Positions 58,500 to 64,000 of a DNA stretch of 64,000 bases are shown one piece after another. Made by a program: the position numbers and the translations under genes. Position 1 is the stretch's first letter. Each line of letters starts with the position of its first letter. Location of the stretch: assembly GCF_009914755.1 (NCBI RefSeq), contig NC_060936.1, one strand, 5' to 3'. This stretch comes from the human T2T-CHM13v2.0 reference genome, Homo sapiens. The notes below the pieces were generated by a model that saw only the letters and a program-made list of their open reading frames with translations, was not told where the DNA came from and made no database searches.

Positions 58500-59720
58500 G
58501 TATTTTTTCTGCCATGAGAGAAGGCATTCTAATCTTGGAAGAGAGACACTAAACAAAGAAACAAATACATACATTAAGCGTAATAATAAAAAGAATGGAG
58601 AGACAGGTGATTGAGGGTACCATTTTATATAGGCTATTCAAGGAAGACTTTAATAAGCTGGAGTTTGAACGTAGACCTGAAGGAGGTAAAAGAGTGAGCT
58701 CTGAGACTATCTAGGGGACAGAATGTTTCAGGCAAAAGGAAGAGTAAATGCAAAAGCTGTATGGCAGAATGTGATCAGCAGTTTTGAGGGACAGTGTGGC
58801 AATCAGTGTGACTGCAGTGGAGTGAGCAAGGGGGAAAATGCTAGGAAACAAACCAAGGAAGTGAGTGGGAGGTAGATCATATAAAGCTTCAAGATCATCA
58901 TCAGAACTTTGGAATAAACAAGGGAGATGGAAAGCTACTGGCATGCTTTGAGCAAAGGAGGAACATAATCTGAATTAAGTTTTAAGTTTCATCACGTTGA
59001 TAGGTTGAACTGTAGGAGCCCACAGGTGAAAGCAAGAAAACCAGTTAGAAATGCTTGTAACTTATGTCTAGGTTGAGAGTGACAGAGATTGGCTGGTTGT
59101 TTATCAAACCCATTTTCTCTTTCTCCTAGACACAGCTGGATTATTTCTCAGATGTCTTTATAGTCAGATATGACTATCTGACTGAGCACTGGCTGATATT
59201 ATACAAGTAGAAGTAATGTATGCCACTTCTAGGCCTGGTCCACAAAACTTCTGATGTGCAACCCACCGTGCTCTGCTCTTTTCTTTCTGCAGCTTTAGAT
59301 GCTAACATTGAAGATGCACAACCATGAGGATGTAGGAGACTGGATCCCTGAATCACTGCTTGGATGATAGCAGCAAGCTTCTTTGGCGTTAAACAACTTA
59401 GATATTCTGATAAAGCATCTACTGTTGCCTTAATTAAGGAGAGATGGATAATATTTTCTTGGATGAAAGTGATAGAGGTGAGGATGAAGAGAAGTGGTCA
59501 GATTCTACATACAATTATCAGAGAAACAGGAATTCCTGAGAATATGGATATGATGAGAAGGTAAGAGAAGAGCACCAGATGATCTGAACGCTTTCGCCTT
59601 GCACATTTGGAGGAAGGAGCTGCCATTTATTGTGCTGGAAAGATTGGAGGAGGAATAGTTCCACAAGCAGAAAACACATAGTATAATTTTGGATATGCTA
59701 CTATTAAGATGCCTGGTGTT
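58500..59720 (-). mobile_element. L2 fragments with an old MLT1-like LTR inserted at about 59070-59430
   Basis: agacctgaaggagg...tttgagcaaaggaggaacataatctgaatt; gagaagtggtcagattct; MLT1 motif gccacttctaggcctgg...ctggatccctgaatcactgcttgg. Confidence 0.65.
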
Positions 59721-59828
59721 ATGTTATCTTCATAATTTTATATAAATATTATTACCTTAATTTTTAAGCTGAGGAAATAGAGTCCTGGCAAAATGATTTG
59801 CTCAAGGGAGTAAGTTTTAGGACAGGAA

Positions 59829-60141
59829 TTGTTTTGTTTTGTTTTGTTTTGTTTTGTTGAGACAGGGTCTCACTGTCACCCAGGCTAGTGTGCAGTAGCA
59901 TCATCGTGGCTCACTGCAGCCTCGACTCCTGGTTCAAGCAATCTTCCTGCCTCAGCCTCCCAAGTAGTTTGGACTACAGGAACACACCACTATGCCTGGC
60001 TAATTTTTAATTTTTTTTTTTTTTTAGAGACTAGGTCTTGCTTTGTTGCCCTGTGTGGTCTCAAACTCTTGGGCTCAAGCCATCCTCCCACCTTGGCCTC
60101 CCAAAATGCTTGGATTACAGGTGTGAGTCACCATGGCTGGC
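59829..60141 (-). mobile_element. Alu (AluJ-like) with (GTTTT)n tail
   Basis: Dimer. Confidence 0.92.
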
Positions 60142-60149
60142 AACATTTT

Positions 60150-62235
60150 ATTTATTTTCCAAATTTTTTTAATGTTTAAAATTGACACATAATAATTGTA
60201 CATGTTTATGAGTACATAGTGATATAGTACATGTAATGTATAGTGATCAGAGTAATTAGCATATCCATCCTTTCAAATATTTTATCACTTACCATGTTAG
60301 GAAGATTCAGTATCCTCCTAGCTATTTGAAACTGTATATTACTGTTAACTATAGTCATCCTACAGTGCTATAGAACACTATAACTTATTCTTCCTATCTA
60401 GCTGTAATTTTGTATCCTTTAACAAATCTCTCCCTATCTGTCCCTTCCCCCTACCCTCCTCAGCCTCTTCTACTTTTTACTTCTATGAAATCAACTTGTT
60501 TTAGCTTCCACATATGAGCAAGCACATGTGGTGATTAACTTTCTGTTTACTTCACATAATGTCCCCCAGGTCCATTCGTGTTACCACGAAAGGAGTCCAT
60601 TCTTTTTTATGGCTGATTAGTATTCCATTGTGTATGCATACCATGTTTTCTTTATCCATTCATCTGTTGTAGGATATGTAGGTTGATTCCATGTCTTGGT
60701 TATTATGAAGAGTGCTACAATAAACATAGGGGTGCAGATGTTTCTTCAATATACTGATTTCCTTTCCTTTACATAAATGCTCAGTACTGGGATTGCTGGA
60801 TCATATAGTTAGTTCTATTTGTAGTTTTTTTGAGGAATCTTCATACTTCTTTTCCATAGTGGGTATACTAGTTTATATTCCCAAAAAGAGCGTAGAAGAG
60901 TAGTTCTCTTTCGGCACATCCTCACTGGCACTTGATTTTTTTTAGTTGTTGGTTTTGGTTTTGGGGTTTTTTTGGCTTGTTTTTTGTCTATTTGATTAAT
61001 AACCAACCTAACTGGGGTGAGATGATACCTCATTGTGGTTTTGATTTGCATTTGTTTTGGTGATTAGTGATGGTGAGTTTTAAAATATATATTTGTTGGC
61101 TATTTGTATGTCTTTTTTTTTGCCTTTTTTCTTTTTCTTTTCTTTTCTTTTTTTTTTTTGACGGAGTTTTACTCTGTTGCCCAGGCTGTAGTGCAATGGC
61201 GTGATCTCGGCTCACCGCAACCTCCACCTCCCAGGTTCAAGTGAGTCTCCTGCCTAAGCCTCCTGAGTAGCTGGGATTACAGGTGTGCACCATTGGCTAA
61301 TTTTTATATTTTTAGTAGAAACAGGGTTTCACCATGTCGATCAAGCTGGTCTTGAACTCCTGACCTTGTGATCCACCCACCTCAGCCTCCCAAAGTGATG
61401 GGATTACAGGTGTGAGCCACCACACCCAGCTTGTATGTTTTCTTTTGAGAAATGTTTGCTCAGATCATTTGCCTGTTTTTTAACGGGATTTTCTTTTTTT
61501 TTTTCTTTTTTTTTTTTTTTTTGCTTTCGCTGTTGAGATATTTGAGTTTCTTGTATATTCTAGATATAAGGCCCCTGTTGAATGAGTACTTTGCAAATAT
61601 TTTCTCCCATTCTCTAGGTTGTCTCCACTCTGGACTGTTTCTTTTGCTTTGCAGAAGCTTTTTAGTTCTATGTCATCCCATTTATTTATTTTTTGTTTTT
61701 CTTGGCTGTGCTTCTGACATGTTCATAAATTGTTTTTGCAGACCAACGTCCTGAGGATTTCCCCTATATATTTTTTTCTAGTAGCTTTTATTGTTTTAGG
61801 TCTTATGTTTATGTCTGTGATCCATTTTGAGTTGATTTTTGCACAGCATGAGAAGTGGGGGTCTAGTTTCATTCTTCTGCATATGGATATCCAGTTTTCT
61901 CAGTATCATTTATTCAAGAGACGAGACAGTTATTTCCCCAATGAGTGTTTTTGGCATCTTTGTCAGAAATCAGTTGGCTGTAAATAAGTGGATTAATTTC
62001 TGGGCCCCCTATTCTGTTCCATTTGTCTATGTGTCTGTTTTTATGCCCCAGTACCACCTTGTTTTGGCTACTATAGCTTTGTAGTGTATTTTTAAGTCTG
62101 GTAGTGTAATGCCTCCAGCTTTGTTCTTTTTGCTCAGGATTTCTTTGGCTATTTGAAATCTCTTGTAGTTCACTATAAATTTTAGGATTCTTTTTTTACT
62201 TTCTGTGAAGAATGTCTTTAATATTTCGATAGGGA
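60150..62235 (-). mobile_element. 5'-truncated L1MA-type element with nested AluS (61113-61431, -)
   Basis: L1MA 3' UTR ttgacacataataattgtacatg; ORF2-like peptides MQIKTTMRYHLTP and [19 protein letters not shown]. Confidence 0.9.
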
Positions 62236-62409
62236 CTTGAGTTCTTAGCCACTCCAGCATACTGTCCTTTCCCAGAATGTATTAGGAGAGCAAATGTACC
62301 CAAATATATTAAATACATGTAGGAAATTAAAAACTTCAAAATTTAGATGGTACTCTCTGACTTAGTTAATTTAAAGAAGAGAAGGGGTGGACAGAGGAAA
62401 AAAGGGAGA

Positions 62410-62491
62410 AGAAGGAGAGTAAAATGCTATAAAAATGATTTTATTTTAGGAGAAGGGGAGTAAAATGCTATAAAGATGATTTTATTTTAGG
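62410..62491. repeat. 41-bp tandem duplication
   Basis: agaagg(a/g)gagtaaaatgctataaa(a/g)atgattttattttagg twice, 2 mismatches. Confidence 0.95.
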
Positions 62492-62956
62492 AAAAGCAGA
62501 ATTGAAGTGCATTTTTCATTTGCATTATGTAACATGAAACCTTCCTTCTTATTCTGAAATGGGCATCCTTTTGCTCTGGGGAAGATTAGAACCATTTCAG
62601 CAGGAATACTAAGAGGAAGTTGGAATAAATATTGTCTCTAAGATTTAGAGTAGGGTATTTTAGATTCCTCAGCAAGACAGAAGTTTTGAAAGCAGGACTT
62701 TGCAATGAGCAACGAACTTACTTCTAAACTCTCTTAGTGACCCTTAATATTAAAAAGCAGGCCTAGACTCCCAGATCGTGGAGTTTCTTCTAGAGCATAG
62801 TGAGGATGACTCTTACCATTTAGACTGAGCTGTGAGGTTTAGTGCCCTTAGGAAAAAGAACATCATGCCTTAGAGAAAGTCCATCCCAGAGATTTGAATA
62901 AGGGGAAAGCCTGCTCTTCCAAAGCTAGTAACATATAAAAGAAAAATGAAAATTGT

Positions 62957-63308
<352 letters not shown>

Positions 63309-63452
63309 CTAAATCTACATTCTGGCATCAATTTCTTCCTCTTAGGCTAAAATTTTGACTAGGGGAGAACATGATAAATTCATTTTGATGTGTAAGTTCT
63401 TTCTTAAGGCAGCTGTATTGGTGGACTATTTTCCCAGGCCAACCCAAGAGAG

Positions 63453-63820
63453 TGCTATAGACTGGATGTTAGCGCTTCCTCCCAACAAATTAATATGTTG
63501 AAACCTAGTCCCCATTGTAATGGTACTTGGAGGCAGGGCCTTTGGAAAGTAATTAGGTCATGAGAGCAGAGCCTTCATAATTGGATTAATGCCCTTGGGA
63601 AAGAGTCCCAAGAGAGCTACCTTGTCCCTCTCACCAAGTGAGAACAGAGTGGAGAAGGTACCATCTATGTACCAGGAAATAGACCCTCACCAGATACCTA
63701 ATCTGTGGGTATCTTGACCTTGGACTTGCCAGTCTCCAGAGCTGGGAGAAATAAATTTTTGTTGCTTATAAGCTACCAAGTCTATGGTTTTCTGTTATAG
63801 CAGCTCCAGCAGACTAACAC
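63453..63820 (+). mobile_element. MLT1A0-like MaLR LTR
   Basis: tgctatagactggatgtt...aattaggtcatgag...gaaataaatttttgttgcttataagc...cagactaacaca. Confidence 0.85.
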
Positions 63821-64000
63821 AGGGAGGTTGCAGGTTTTTAGATAGAGCCCAGCTTGTGGCATGGGACTGCCTGTGTCCAGTATGGTATAGAACAATAGTG
63901 CTATATTGATAAAGGGAGGCAACTCAATACATAAGCTTGAAAAAGTTTTTCTCCTTCCTGGTGGCTTAAGTAGTTGTTCACAGACTTTACATATTCCCAT

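Overview
Primate (human-like) nuclear DNA: AT-rich, CpG-depleted and dense in repeats. I see no recognisable intact protein-coding gene, and the supplied ORFs are nearly all Alu, L1, LTR or Tigger translations or chance ORFs. Well-supported non-repeat features are an RPL21 processed pseudogene (13934-14506), a Y3 RNA retrocopy (- strand, 13-bp TSD) and a Y5 RNA retrocopy (41490-41570). The rest is about 44 Alu/FLAM/FRAM pieces, several old L1/L2/MIR fragments, solo LTRs (two MER39-like, MER21-like, MER61-like, LTR16-like, MST/MLT1) and DNA transposons (MER2, Tigger3a, Tigger1, MER58A, MER53, MER63A, MER20, MER5A), many nested with readable target-site duplications. I found no new biological system I can support. 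The most unusual items are: an Alu + AT-minisatellite + Y5 composite inside one 13-bp direct repeat; a tiny unidentified poly(A) insert tandemly duplicated through its own TSD; a doubly truncated Alu with a TSD; a 59-codon smORF downstream of a TATA-like box; and a few splice-site-bounded candidate non-coding exons. Repeat family names come from remembered consensus sequences, and boundaries of old elements are approximate.
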